Shown here piece after piece: positions 27,188 through 36,994 of a DNA stretch of 64,000 nucleotides. How positions within the stretch are numbered: position 1 is the first letter of the stretch; every line of letters begins with the position of its first letter. The notes beneath the pieces were generated by a model that was given only the letters and a program-made list of their open reading frames with translations, searched no databases and was not told the origin of the DNA. Position numbers and translations under genes: made by a program. The stretch is from a virus (lineage: Duplodnaviria > Caudoviricetes), in IMG/VR virus record IMGVR_UViG_3300003523_000012, positions 29,904 to 93,903 of that record. One strand, given 5' to 3'.

Positions 27188-27463
27188 ATGTGCAAATATT
27201 GTGAAGCTTTGACATCGGACAAGATGGATTCATACCATCACAAATATAGAGAATTACTTCCTATCACTACCGATACTAGAGACTATAGTGAGTATGATTC
27301 AATGGCAGTAATCATGCCTCCAACACCTATCTCTTTGAGACGACATGAAGAAGATGGTTTGGTATCTAATTTGAATGTGTTCTTCTATGATGATCATGCA
27401 CGAGTGGTGAACTTTTGGATCCCTATCAAGTATTGCCCAATGTGTGGAAAGGAGATACAATAG
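27188..27463 (+). CDS. small Zn-binding phage protein
   Basis: MCKYC...IKYCPMCG. Confidence 0.8.
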   Translation: MCKYCEALTSDKMDSYHHKYRELLPITTDTRDYSEYDSMAVIMPPTPISLRRHEEDGLVSNLNVFFYDDHARVVNFWIPIKYCPMCGKEIQ

Positions 27464-27524
27464 ATTTTAGAAATTCTTAAAAATAGAAGATGTTTGGAAA
27501 AGAAAAGGAAGTAAAATATAATAT

Positions 27525-27596
27525 GCCCTTGTAGTTCAATAGATAGAATAGCGGTCTTCTAAACCGTTGATAGGAGTGCAATTCTTCTCAGGGGTA
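27525..27596 (+). tRNA. tRNA-Arg(TCT)
   Basis: loop CTTCTAA; T loop gtgcaat. Confidence 0.85.
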
Positions 27597-27634
27597 CTAA
27601 CAGATCCAATTATATGGATCAAAAATAGAATCAT

Positions 27635-27663
27635 GTTAAATTCTAGCCAGTAATGTATATATT
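27635..27663 (+). promoter_or_regulatory. putative phage promoter GTTAA-N18-TATATT
   Basis: motif upstream of TROVE-like gene leader. Confidence 0.55.
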
Positions 27664-27681
27664 ATAAGCGAACCTTCTAAT

Positions 27682-27820
27682 GGAAGACATACAGCAAAGT
27701 TCAATCTATATTTTAATCAGATCAATAAAAATTGTACTTTGTTTCACAGAAGGCGATGATTCAAAAGGTCTAAAGTCGCTCCAGTTTACGAACTGAAAAA
27801 CAAGACCTTAAATCTTCTGG
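27682..27820 (+). ncRNA. ACAGCAA-stem RNA in leader of TROVE-like gene
   Basis: ggaaga-catACAGCAA...tcttct-gg; outer stem gaaccttc/gaaggttc. Confidence 0.65.
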
Positions 27821-27841
27821 GAAGGTTCACTTTTATTAAAT

Positions 27842-27917
27842 GATAGTCGTACAGCAAAATTATTTATAAATTCTGTACCATTTTATATTAACGGAAAAAC
27901 CACAAAAGACTATTGAA
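27842..27917 (+). ncRNA. ACAGCAA-stem RNA abutting start codon of TROVE-like gene
   Basis: gatagtc-gtACAGCAA...gactatt-gaa, then ATG at 27920. Confidence 0.65.
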
Positions 27918-27919
27918 GT

Positions 27920-29221
27920 ATGAATAAGAATTACAAGAACACTGAACTGGAGAACATTTTCTCCACAAAAAGAACTGAGAATGGCGATTTTGCCTACAAC
28001 ACTGTTGGAAACCATCTTTCTGACATTCTCTTCATGACTGCTTATTTCGAGAAGAACTTGAGCAGACTCCCTAAGATTGGTACTACTCCTTATGAGCAAT
28101 TGTTCTCAATGTTCATCAGAGATCCTCGTTTTGGTATTGGAAGACGCGACCTTGGTAGAGAGCTTATGAGAAAGACTCATTGCACTCCTCAAATGGTTAT
28201 TGATGCTGGCCGTTGGGATGACATCTTTGAAGTCTTTGACACTGAGATTGCTGCTAAGGTCTTCTATGATGCTATCAAGGATGGGAACTTCTTGGCTAAG
28301 AAGTGGGCTCCTAGATACTCTTCAAAGAACCTTATGAAAGCTCGTGAGTTCGCAAAGCTCTGGAAGATGAACAAGCAGCAATATGGAAAGTTCATCAAAG
28401 CTGTTGAGACTCCTGAGTTCAAGCTCTCTTCTCACAACACTAATGCTATTGACTTCTCTAAGCTTCCTTCTCTTGCTTTGATAAAGTACTGGAAAAGATT
28501 CGCTGGAAAGGATGACACCAAAGAGAGATTCCAAAAGTATTTGGACTCTGTCAAGAAGGGTGAGTCTAAGATGAATGTCTCTACTACTACGGTGTACGAT
28601 ATCTATAGAAATAGAGGCAAAATTGATGCTGACCTTGTGTACTCTCAACTAGAGAAGATCTCTGGATCTTGGCTTCCTATCATTGATGTGTCTGGTTCTA
28701 TGTATGATGGAAACGACTCTATTGGAAAGGCTCTCTCAATTGGAAAGTACCTTGCAGATACTTCTACTTATTGTCCTAACTCATTCATCACTTTCTCTTC
28801 TCTACCTCAACTTGTCAAGCTCTCAAATACTTCTTATGCTAATCAACTTGAACAGATCAATAAATCTAGTTGGGGTTTCAATACAGATCTTGGTGCTGTG
28901 ATGGACATGCTTTCTAGATTGAATAGAGAAATGCCTGAGTATCTTGTCATCCTTTCAGACATGGAGTTCGACTGTGGCTCTTCTATGAAGAAAGATGCTC
29001 TTATGCAACTTTGGAAATCTAAAGGCTGGACTACTAAGATTGTGTGGTGGAACTTCAACTCAAGAAATGAGACTTGCCCTGAGATGGACAAGAGTGGGAA
29101 CATCTTCCTCTCTGGCTACAATCCTATGTTGCTCAAGTACCTTGAGGTTGGATTCGACAACAACAAATTCATCGAGAAACTTTTGACTGAGTACTTGAAG
29201 AATTTGAAATCTAACAAATAG
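27920..29221 (+). CDS. TROVE/Ro60-like RNA-binding protein with vWA domain (DUF2828-like)
   Basis: RTENGD, RDPRFGIGRR, GRWDD, AKKWAPR; MIDAS DVSGSM; WGFNTD; LSDMEFD; IVWWN. Confidence 0.8.
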   Translation: MNKNYKNTELENIFSTKRTENGDFAYNTVGNHLSDILFMTAYFEKNLSRLPKIGTTPYEQLFSMFIRDPRFGIGRRDLGRELMRKTHCTPQMVIDAGRWDDIFEVFDTEIAAKVFYDAIKDGNFLAKKWAPRYSSKNLMKAREFAKLWKMNKQQYGKFIKAVETPEFKLSSHNTNAIDFSKLPSLALIKYWKRFAGKDDTKERFQKYLDSVKKGESKMNVSTTTVYDIYRNRGKIDADLVYSQLEKISGSWLPIIDVSGSMYDGNDSIGKALSIGKYLADTSTYCPNSFITFSSLPQLVKLSNTSYANQLEQINKSSWGFNTDLGAVMDMLSRLNREMPEYLVILSDMEFDCGSSMKKDALMQLWKSKGWTTKIVWWNFNSRNETCPEMDKSGNIFLSGYNPMLLKYLEVGFDNNKFIEKLLTEYLKNLKSNK

Positions 29222-29261
29222 TTTAATATATTGATACAAATAAAATTAATTGTTGACAATT

Positions 29262-29531
29262 ATGGCAAATGATCAAATCCAACAACCAATTCAACCATCT
29301 TATGAAGAGTTAGCTAGAATGTATAATGAGCTCCAATCAAACAGAGCTTTTGAAGAAGCTAAGACAAGACTCGCTTTCTGCTTAGAGATCATGAAGCTCA
29401 AGAAAGATTTTCCTGCAAAGTACATTGAAGGAATCACTAAAGAGGTCATGACTATCCTTCCTATCGACGGACTTGATGCTGAGAAGCTCATGGCTAAGAA
29501 AAAGAAAGCTAAAGAAGAAAACGAAGAATAA
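29262..29531 (+). CDS. hypothetical protein
   Basis: ORF, ATG at 29262. Confidence 0.75.
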   Translation: MANDQIQQPIQPSYEELARMYNELQSNRAFEEAKTRLAFCLEIMKLKKDFPAKYIEGITKEVMTILPIDGLDAEKLMAKKKKAKEENEE

Positions 29532-29550
29532 TTCTGGCTAAGACAAGGGA

Positions 29551-29581
29551 AGAGCTCAAGAGAAATCTTGGGCTCTTTTTT
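29551..29581 (+). terminator. intrinsic terminator
   Basis: agagctcaaga-gaaa-tcttgggctct plus T tract. Confidence 0.8.
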
Positions 29582-29620
29582 GTTATTATTGTCTTATATT
29601 GGATAAATAAACTAGAAAAA

Positions 29621-29833
29621 ATGGAAAATTCTAATATAACATACCATGTAGGTGACTCAGTGCAAGTCCTCTACAATGGAAAATGGTTCTCTGGCACAGT
29701 GATCAGTGAGCCTAAGATACTTCTTTCAATGCATTACTATGATGTGCAGTTCATATATAAAGAAGACAACAAAGCACCTGAAAGCATGATAAACACTTTT
29801 GGAGTGTCCGAGATAAGGTTTGATAATGCCTAG
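29621..29833 (+). CDS. small Tudor/SH3-like protein
   Basis: YHVGDSVQV...W..GTV. Confidence 0.55.
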   Translation: MENSNITYHVGDSVQVLYNGKWFSGTVISEPKILLSMHYYDVQFIYKEDNKAPESMINTFGVSEIRFDNA

Positions 29834-29883
29834 AATATGGCGGAGGTGATAGTACGATGGTAGTGAGATGCCACCACGCTGTA

Positions 29884-29982
29884 CGCCGCTAGGCGGACAT
29901 AGGATGGCGCCTATTGGCGGAATAACCAGTACCTGATATAATTTATCATCTCAAAAATAAACCGCCATCAGGCGGCAAATTT
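29884..29982. repeat. dispersed GC-rich element, copy 4
   Basis: near-identical to copy 3 and reverse complement of copy 1. Confidence 0.85.
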
Positions 29983-30018
29983 AGAAAAAGTATATTAATA
30001 GACAAATAATTATATAGA

Positions 30019-30924
30019 ATGGTATCAATAATAACACCTACACACAAGAAGTCAGTGTTCTGGGAAGCTACTGTATTGAGTGTGCTGAGCCAGACATCTG
30101 CTAACTGGGAATGGATAGTTCTAGACAATGCTAAAGAGCCATATTTCAAGAAGCTTTTAGATATGCTTCTAGACATGTATCCAGAGTTCAAGAAACTGAA
30201 GAAGAAGATAAAGGTCTATGAAGAGACTTTTCCAGAAGTCTGCATTGGCAAACTCAAGAATAGATGTGTTGAGCTGACTAATTGCAAAGATGATGACTTC
30301 ATACTTCTATTAGATCATGATGACTTGCTCATGCCTAGTTGTGTGGCTGACATTGAAAAGACTCAGAAGAAGATAGGGAAAGAGATTGACTACATCACAA
30401 GTGATTGTCCAATTGTTTCTTATTGGAAAAACAGATTAGTGCCAGAATCTCTATATGAGACTTGGACAGAGCCTATTCCGGTTGAAGACCTGACCATTAA
30501 GAATTGGTCATTCAGCTTTTATAATATGAAATCTTCTAAAAGAATAGACAAGATTCCAATTGGTGATCATGTGACATATATAGCAGAGCATCCCAGAATC
30601 ATAAAGAAAAGAGTCATAAAGACAGACACTTGCAAGTTCTATGAAGGGCTGCACTATAGTGAAGACACAATGCAGAGAGTTGTCCTCACTCTTTTCCACA
30701 ATGGTGTGTATATCCCTAAGCAAGAGATTATCTGCATACACAACAGGCCAGATCCTAATGATGATACATTCATTGACTCTGGAACATACTTGCAATTCCA
30801 CGATGGTATAAATGAGTTCACTGAGTGGTATCAAAAGCTGAACAATTTCTATATAGTGTATAGAAGCTTGTTCCCAGACAAGAAAGTGATTGAGATCCCA
30901 CATTTTAATCCAGATGAAGAATGA
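30019..30924 (+). CDS. glycosyltransferase family 2
   Basis: VSIITPT, SVLSQT..WEWIVLD, LLDHDD (DxD), SED. Confidence 0.85.
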   Translation: MVSIITPTHKKSVFWEATVLSVLSQTSANWEWIVLDNAKEPYFKKLLDMLLDMYPEFKKLKKKIKVYEETFPEVCIGKLKNRCVELTNCKDDDFILLLDHDDLLMPSCVADIEKTQKKIGKEIDYITSDCPIVSYWKNRLVPESLYETWTEPIPVEDLTIKNWSFSFYNMKSSKRIDKIPIGDHVTYIAEHPRIIKKRVIKTDTCKFYEGLHYSEDTMQRVVLTLFHNGVYIPKQEIICIHNRPDPNDDTFIDSGTYLQFHDGINEFTEWYQKLNNFYIVYRSLFPDKKVIEIPHFNPDEE

Positions 30925-32711
30925 TAGAAATAGCTTATAATCCACAAGACAAGAGATACTTGTTCTTGCAGTGTGACAACACACGACATACAGTCAAAGT
31001 TAAAGGGAAAGAGAGGAGCATCAATGAGATCCAATGGCTAGAGATGCATTTGAATCTAGTGCCTGACTATATGTTTCTCCCATCATTCAAAGGAATTCCT
31101 ACTCCAGAAGTTTTCTTGCACAAAGTAAAAAAGAATGACAAGACATATTATTGGTGTCATTCTGGCTTGTGGCATGAGATTGAGATATGGTGCAAAGCAC
31201 ACAATGTCCAGTTGAAGAGCAATATAGACAAAGACTTCAAGTACATCAAGCTCCCAGACAACAAAGAGTCATTCATTGAGTGGGCAAAAAGCTTGAATCT
31301 CTCTTTAGAGTTGAGACCATACCAAATAGATGCTATATGGAAGATCTTGAACTACAAGATGAGCATGTCTCAATTAGCCACTCGATCTGGAAAGACTCTG
31401 ATTGCTTATGTTGTCTTTCGATATATGAAAGAGAAGCTTGGTGCCAAGAACATCTTGATGATCGTCCCAAACATATCTCTAGTGAAGCAAGGAGTAGAAG
31501 ACTTCACTAAGTATGATGACTACTTCAACATTGACCAAGTGTGGGCCAAGTCAGAGTATTGTGCAATGTCTGACTTGACTATAGGGACATTCCAGAGCTT
31601 AGTCAGGAGAATAGACCAAAAGAGCAAGAAATATGACCCTAAGTTCTTTGACAAGTTTGACATCATACTTTGTGATGAGTGTCACAAAGCTGCTTGCAAG
31701 TCTATAGACATGATACTTAGGCAGCCATTTGTCAAGAATGCTAAGATTCGATTTGGATTCTCTGGAACTATTCCAGATCCAAACACTATAGAGAACTTGT
31801 CATGCCAGAGCTTGATTGGCCCAATGATTCAAGACATATCTTCTAAAGAATTGATAGATGATGGGTATCTTGCTGATGTTGAGATTGAGCAATACAGAAT
31901 CCATTATGACTGGACTGAAGACCTCATCAATGAGTATCAGAGATGTGGTGAATACTTGTGCTCATCTTATGTAGAAGATGCAAGCAAGAAGAAGATACTT
32001 AGAAAGAAAGAAGATCGAGAGTTCTTGATGCAGCATGAGAAAGTCCTTCCATTTGCTGTGAAGAAAGTGAGAGATGTGATGAATGATGAGATCAAGTCAC
32101 TGAAGCATGAGAAAGACCCATACAAGAAGCAAGAGAGACTGCTAGAAGCTAAGATGAAGTACATTGAGTACCTTGTTGACTTGTGCAAAGCTAATGCTGC
32201 TAATCTCCTATTGCTAGAGCAGATGGTGATGTTCTTTCAAGAGAAGAAGATCAATGTGCTGAAGGAAGTCCTCAGAGAGAAAGATGGAAACTACATAGTC
32301 TTTGCACACCACACTGAATGGCTCAAGCATCTTGAAGAGAGACTAAAAGCTGAGATGCCTGACAAGCAGATTCTCTTGATTACCGGTGCAGTCACTCAAA
32401 AGAAGAGAGAAAAGATTATGAAGACTATGGAAGAAAATTCTAATTGTATTCTATTAGCATCATATGCATGTGTAGGCACGGGCCTCACGTTTAAAAACGT
32501 GGCGGCTGGAGTGTTTGCTGAGTCATTCAAGAGTTCTATTATTAATAAACAATCATTAGGTAGAGGACTGCTTCTTGCTCCTGGAAAAAAGAAGTTCTAT
32601 CTGTATGACTTGATTGACTGTTTCCCAACTCGTAGATTGGAATTTCAAGGAAATGCTAAAAAGAAGCTTTTCACTAAGGAAGGATATAATGTTATTATAA
32701 AACATAGATAA
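30921..32711 (+). CDS. uvsW: UvsW-like superfamily 2 DNA helicase
   Basis: LRPYQ, ATRSGKT, DECH, SGT, QSLGRGL. Confidence 0.88.
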   Translation: MIEIAYNPQDKRYLFLQCDNTRHTVKVKGKERSINEIQWLEMHLNLVPDYMFLPSFKGIPTPEVFLHKVKKNDKTYYWCHSGLWHEIEIWCKAHNVQLKSNIDKDFKYIKLPDNKESFIEWAKSLNLSLELRPYQIDAIWKILNYKMSMSQLATRSGKTLIAYVVFRYMKEKLGAKNILMIVPNISLVKQGVEDFTKYDDYFNIDQVWAKSEYCAMSDLTIGTFQSLVRRIDQKSKKYDPKFFDKFDIILCDECHKAACKSIDMILRQPFVKNAKIRFGFSGTIPDPNTIENLSCQSLIGPMIQDISSKELIDDGYLADVEIEQYRIHYDWTEDLINEYQRCGEYLCSSYVEDASKKKILRKKEDREFLMQHEKVLPFAVKKVRDVMNDEIKSLKHEKDPYKKQERLLEAKMKYIEYLVDLCKANAANLLLLEQMVMFFQEKKINVLKEVLREKDGNYIVFAHHTEWLKHLEERLKAEMPDKQILLITGAVTQKKREKIMKTMEENSNCILLASYACVGTGLTFKNVAAGVFAESFKSSIINKQSLGRGLLLAPGKKKFYLYDLIDCFPTRRLEFQGNAKKKLFTKEGYNVIIKHR

Positions 32712-32721
32712 ATTGATAAAG

Positions 32722-33918
32722 ATGAAAAATTTAAAATCAGTTTTATTAGAAAAACGAGATATAAGAAAAGAAATTACTGGTATTCATTCTAATCCAGAAG
32801 GAACTAGACTTGTATTTGGATTAGTAGATTATGATAATATTGAAAAAAGATTTAATAATACAGAATGGCTATCAGCAAAAGCAACTAGTCCAACAGCAAA
32901 AACTGAAATCCAAGAAAAATTTACAGCTTTAATATTTAATACTTATAAAGAAAATCTTGATCAAATGGATAAGGAATTAACTATTGAGAATCTTCCTTAT
33001 GCATTGAAAATAGATAAAAATAATGAATTGTGGTTGACTTCTGTAAAAGGTCAAGTAAAAACTATTGTAGAGTTTTTAAAAAAAGAAAAATGGAATATTT
33101 CTAATCTTATTGCTGTTCATTATTTAGAAGATGATCCTATTGCAAGAAATATAATAGTTTTACACTCATCATTATCTGGAACTCTTAATAATAGACCAAA
33201 AGATGCCATAGACCCATCCGATATAATTATATATGACAAGACAAAAGTAAAAGTTATCAATAAATTTCAAGACACTCTTATGAGTAATGGAGGAACTAAT
33301 AAAGAATTTCTTTCAGAGTATAAAGCACTAATAAAATTATTAATATCAAATCATTTATATGTTGGTGTTTCATTAAAGAAAGGTGATACTTTTAGTGCTC
33401 ATTATAATAACTATATAGAAGCTCCAGATGCATATTCTAATGTAGAAATAACAAATATAACTAAAACTCCACAAAATCTAAAAGTATCTTTTTCTGCATA
33501 TAATGAAACACTAAATAAAAATACTAATTTTGATTTTAGAATAAGCGCTCAAGGTGGAAGACATGCAGTAATAGAACTTCAAGGATATAAATATGCTCAA
33601 GGTGGAAAAGGAACTTGGGCAATTTTAGATGCAAGAAATCCTAAAGAACAATTAGAATTAGATTTTAATGATAAAGAAGGAATAGTTAAATATCCTAAAT
33701 TTCTAATTAATTCAGATTGGGATCAAAAATTGATAAATGACTTTTTAGAAGAAGAGCATCCAGTAACTAAAAACAATAATCACACAATTGATACTGAGAT
33801 ATTTAATATTTTTAAATATATAATTGAAAACAATCAACAAAGTGTAATAGCATTAATGTATTATTGCGCTAAAATTGGTGACGAATGCGCACCGTATCTT
33901 ATGATATCTCCAAATTAG
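32722..33918 (+). CDS. hypothetical protein, possible PD-(D/E)XK nuclease-fold internal virion protein
   Basis: MKNLKSVLLE N-terminus; DPSDI...GVSLKK; AT-rich. Confidence 0.5.
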   Translation: MKNLKSVLLEKRDIRKEITGIHSNPEGTRLVFGLVDYDNIEKRFNNTEWLSAKATSPTAKTEIQEKFTALIFNTYKENLDQMDKELTIENLPYALKIDKNNELWLTSVKGQVKTIVEFLKKEKWNISNLIAVHYLEDDPIARNIIVLHSSLSGTLNNRPKDAIDPSDIIIYDKTKVKVINKFQDTLMSNGGTNKEFLSEYKALIKLLISNHLYVGVSLKKGDTFSAHYNNYIEAPDAYSNVEITNITKTPQNLKVSFSAYNETLNKNTNFDFRISAQGGRHAVIELQGYKYAQGGKGTWAILDARNPKEQLELDFNDKEGIVKYPKFLINSDWDQKLINDFLEEEHPVTKNNNHTIDTEIFNIFKYIIENNQQSVIALMYYCAKIGDECAPYLMISPN

Positions 33919-33921
33919 AAT

Positions 33922-34350
33922 ATGAAAAAACCTTTGATAAATAGAAAAAATTTGCATCGTGCACATGTCTCAGATATAATGCTCTTAGAAAATATTACTT
34001 TCTTTGATCTTCAAGAAGGTGACTTTTGCATGACAAAAGAGAGAGATGACAATATGTACCTTGTTGTAGATGTAGGATCTATAGATTATCTGCATCCAAA
34101 TACAGAGCACAATATCTTCGCGCTCCAGCCATCTCCTGGTGGAAGATCACAATATATTGCATTTGATGATTTTGATGAGGATCTCAATTGCACAATAGAC
34201 CCTAAGTACAGTATCATTTCAGTATACAGAAGCAGAAATGAATTGACACCAAAAGACTTTGACAACGAAAAGAAATTAGGCTCACTATTCAAAGAGATGC
34301 TTCAAGAGATTCAAAAGTCCTATCCAGAAAAGTTTAAAAATACATATTAA
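33922..34350 (+). CDS. LISK..IHRAH-leader family protein (divergent)
   Basis: MKKPLINRKNLHRAHV. Confidence 0.8.
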   Translation: MKKPLINRKNLHRAHVSDIMLLENITFFDLQEGDFCMTKERDDNMYLVVDVGSIDYLHPNTEHNIFALQPSPGGRSQYIAFDDFDEDLNCTIDPKYSIISVYRSRNELTPKDFDNEKKLGSLFKEMLQEIQKSYPEKFKNTY

Positions 34351-34352
34351 TA

Positions 34353-34757
34353 ATGAGATCACTTAAAGCTTTGATATCAAAAAGAACTATCAATAGAGCA
34401 CATGTGATCCATAATGTCCCTTTGAAGAAGTCTGAACTTCAAGATGGAGACCTCTGCATGCAAAGAGACAATTCTATCGGTATATATAATTCTAAAACTG
34501 ATTTTGATGCTGGTGGTTTTAGACCCGTTCAAGAGGATGACCCTACTTTGATATTCTATACTCCAAATCAGATACCTAGATTTCAGCATTTTCCAACAAA
34601 ATACTATACAGATGATCTTAAAGACCAAGATGGTGAATATCGATTCGATATTGTAAAAGTAATTAGAGGATTGTTCAATCCAAAAGATGTAAATGACCCA
34701 AAGAAAGTGAAAGAATTTCTAGGGAATAAGTCTAATTATAAAAACTATTTTATATGA
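34353..34757 (+). CDS. LISK..IHRAH-leader family protein
   Basis: MRSLKALISKRTINRAHV. Confidence 0.85.
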   Translation: MRSLKALISKRTINRAHVIHNVPLKKSELQDGDLCMQRDNSIGIYNSKTDFDAGGFRPVQEDDPTLIFYTPNQIPRFQHFPTKYYTDDLKDQDGEYRFDIVKVIRGLFNPKDVNDPKKVKEFLGNKSNYKNYFI

Positions 34758-35164
34758 AATCTTTAAAAGCTTTAATATCTAAGAATACTGTACATCGTGC
34801 ACACGCCTGGCACACTATTCCTTTGAAGAAGTCTGAGCTTAGAGATGGAGACCTATGCATGCAACGTGACAATTCAGTTGGTATATATAATTCTAAACCT
34901 AATCTTAAAGCATTTGATCTGAAACAAGGGCCAGATTATAATGAACCAACTTTGATATTCTGTCCCGATGAATTAGAATATGGTAATTTTCAACAGTATA
35001 AAATAAAATACTATACAGACGATCTTGAAGATAAAAATGGTGAAGAAGAGTTTAATGCTATAAGAATTGTTAGAGGCTTGTTTGATCCAAAAGATGTGAA
35101 TGACCCAAAGAAAGTAAAAGAATTTTTAGAGGATAATTCTAACTATGAAAAATATTTTAATTAA
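34754..35164 (+). CDS. LISK..IHRAH-leader family protein
   Basis: MKSLKALISKNTVHRAHA; paralog of neighbours. Confidence 0.85.
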   Translation: MKSLKALISKNTVHRAHAWHTIPLKKSELRDGDLCMQRDNSVGIYNSKPNLKAFDLKQGPDYNEPTLIFCPDELEYGNFQQYKIKYYTDDLEDKNGEEEFNAIRIVRGLFDPKDVNDPKKVKEFLEDNSNYEKYFN

Positions 35165-35581
35165 ATGAAATCATTAAAAGCCTTGATATCAAAGAGCACT
35201 ATACATCGTGCACACGTCTGGAAGGCTATTTCTTTGAAGAAGTCTAATCTTCAAGATGGAGACCTATGCATGCAAAGAGACAATTCTATTGGTATCTATA
35301 ATTCTAGAGCTGACTTTGATGCATTTAATCTAACTCGAGATGGAATAACTCTGAATGGGCCAACTTTGATATTCTATACTCCAGGTAAATCAAGACATAG
35401 TGATTTTCAACATTATCCAATACAATATTATACAGATGATCTTGAAGATAGAGATTATGAAGAAGAATATGATGTTATAAAGATTGTTAGAGGCTTGTTC
35501 AATTCAAAAGATGTGAATGACCCGAAGAAAGTGAAAGAATTTCTAGAGAATAATTCTAACTATGAAAAATATTTTAATTAA
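35165..35581 (+). CDS. LISK..IHRAH-leader family protein
   Basis: MKSLKALISKSTIHRAHV. Confidence 0.85.
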   Translation: MKSLKALISKSTIHRAHVWKAISLKKSNLQDGDLCMQRDNSIGIYNSRADFDAFNLTRDGITLNGPTLIFYTPGKSRHSDFQHYPIQYYTDDLEDRDYEEEYDVIKIVRGLFNSKDVNDPKKVKEFLENNSNYEKYFN

Positions 35582-35908
35582 ATGAAATCATTAAAAGCAT
35601 TAATATCTAAAAAGACTATACACCGTGCACATCCTGGATCAAATCTAATATATGTAGTTCTTCTTTTTCCAGGAGATGAGTTTGATGGTATGGAGAACAT
35701 AGAAACCATCCATGATGGATCTGGGTACAATTGGAAACTATTGACTTGGGAACAAGCAAAAAAAATTCTTCCATTCAAGCACAAAAACTCTAAGATACGC
35801 AGATCCCCTTATGCTACTAAAGAAGAGACTATTGATGCTATGTACAAATATTCTAAAGAGGGGATACTTAAGAAATTCCTAGAGATTGGACCAAAAGAGT
35901 TTGACTAA
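35582..35908 (+). CDS. LISK..IHRAH-leader family protein (second body type)
   Basis: MKSLKALISKKTIHRAHP. Confidence 0.85.
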   Translation: MKSLKALISKKTIHRAHPGSNLIYVVLLFPGDEFDGMENIETIHDGSGYNWKLLTWEQAKKILPFKHKNSKIRRSPYATKEETIDAMYKYSKEGILKKFLEIGPKEFD

Positions 35909-35929
35909 TAGATTATAAATATATAAGAG

Positions 35930-35955
35930 ATGGTGGCCAAATGGCCACCATTTTT
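35930..35955 (+). terminator. intrinsic terminator
   Basis: atggtggcca-aa-tggccacca plus T tract. Confidence 0.75.
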
Positions 35956-36006
35956 GTTAATGTTGGAATGCATAGCATATGTTATCAATGACAAAACACA
36001 ATAACA

Positions 36007-36129
36007 ATGAATGACTTGAATGGATTGCCTATTTGGGCACAGGTTTTGCTAGGTGCTGTATTCCCAATTTCTATATTGGTAGGTATGATCTTTATCATTG
36101 TCATTGAGAGACTTTTGAGAGGAAAATAG
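36007..36129 (+). CDS. 40-aa single-pass membrane protein
   Basis: MNDLNGLPIWAQVLLGAVFPISILVGMIFIIVIERLLRGK; GTTAA-N17-TATGTT at 35956-35983. Confidence 0.6.
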   Translation: MNDLNGLPIWAQVLLGAVFPISILVGMIFIIVIERLLRGK

Positions 36130-36195
36130 GATTTTTTGTTAATTTTGAAAAGATAAAGCATATATTTGAATTGAACTTATAAACTTTATAGCAAT

Positions 36196-36927
36196 ATGAC
36201 ATTAGAAGATATTAAAGATAGTTTAAATGGGCTTGAAGATCTTAAAGAACTTGAAGCAATTGACATTAATGACTATGTAGAAGATGATCCTGAGACTCAA
36301 GAAGATGATCAGTACAATTATTTTGTAGCTTCAATGGCTATCAACCTTCTTGATGATGCATCATTCTACTGCATTGATAAAGACTTCAAAAGTCATGCAG
36401 TGTGTGTCATCAAAGACAAAGTCATCACTCTATATTTCCCTAACAATAAAATCACAGTATGCCCAGATACAGATTTCCTTATAGATTTCTTGACTAAGAA
36501 GTCTTTGAGACTGAAGCGCATCAAGAAATTCTGGAAGAAGTTCAACCCAAATCCATTCAAGCGAGACACTGGAGACTGCACTCTCAGAGCTTATTGTGCA
36601 GCATTCAACATATCTTGGAACTGTGCTTATGACATTGCTTCTAAAAGAGCTAAAGATGAAGGCTTTATCTTTAGTGACAAGAAGATTGTTAACAAGATTC
36701 TCACTGAAGTTTTCAAGTGTCAACTCTCTTCTTTCTACAACAAGAAGATGGTGAAAGCCAAAGACAGAGTCACAGTGAAGCAATGGGCTATGGCAAATCC
36801 TTATGGAACTTACATCTGCCATATCAATGGACACATTGTGACTATCAAGAATGGCAAGTACTATGACTCTTGGGATTGTGGTGAGAGAAAAGTGTCTGAA
36901 GTCTATTTAGTTCCTGATGAAAAATAA
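36196..36927 (+). CDS. papain-like Cys peptidase-fold protein
   Basis: GDCTLRA...GHIVTI..GKYYDSWD; promoter motif at 36138-36166. Confidence 0.6.
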   Translation: MTLEDIKDSLNGLEDLKELEAIDINDYVEDDPETQEDDQYNYFVASMAINLLDDASFYCIDKDFKSHAVCVIKDKVITLYFPNNKITVCPDTDFLIDFLTKKSLRLKRIKKFWKKFNPNPFKRDTGDCTLRAYCAAFNISWNCAYDIASKRAKDEGFIFSDKKIVNKILTEVFKCQLSSFYNKKMVKAKDRVTVKQWAMANPYGTYICHINGHIVTIKNGKYYDSWDCGERKVSEVYLVPDEK

Positions 36928-36994
36928 AAAGAGAGATGATAATACCAAATTGGATAATTAAAATATTATATGTTATTTTTAAAATGTTCTAAAA

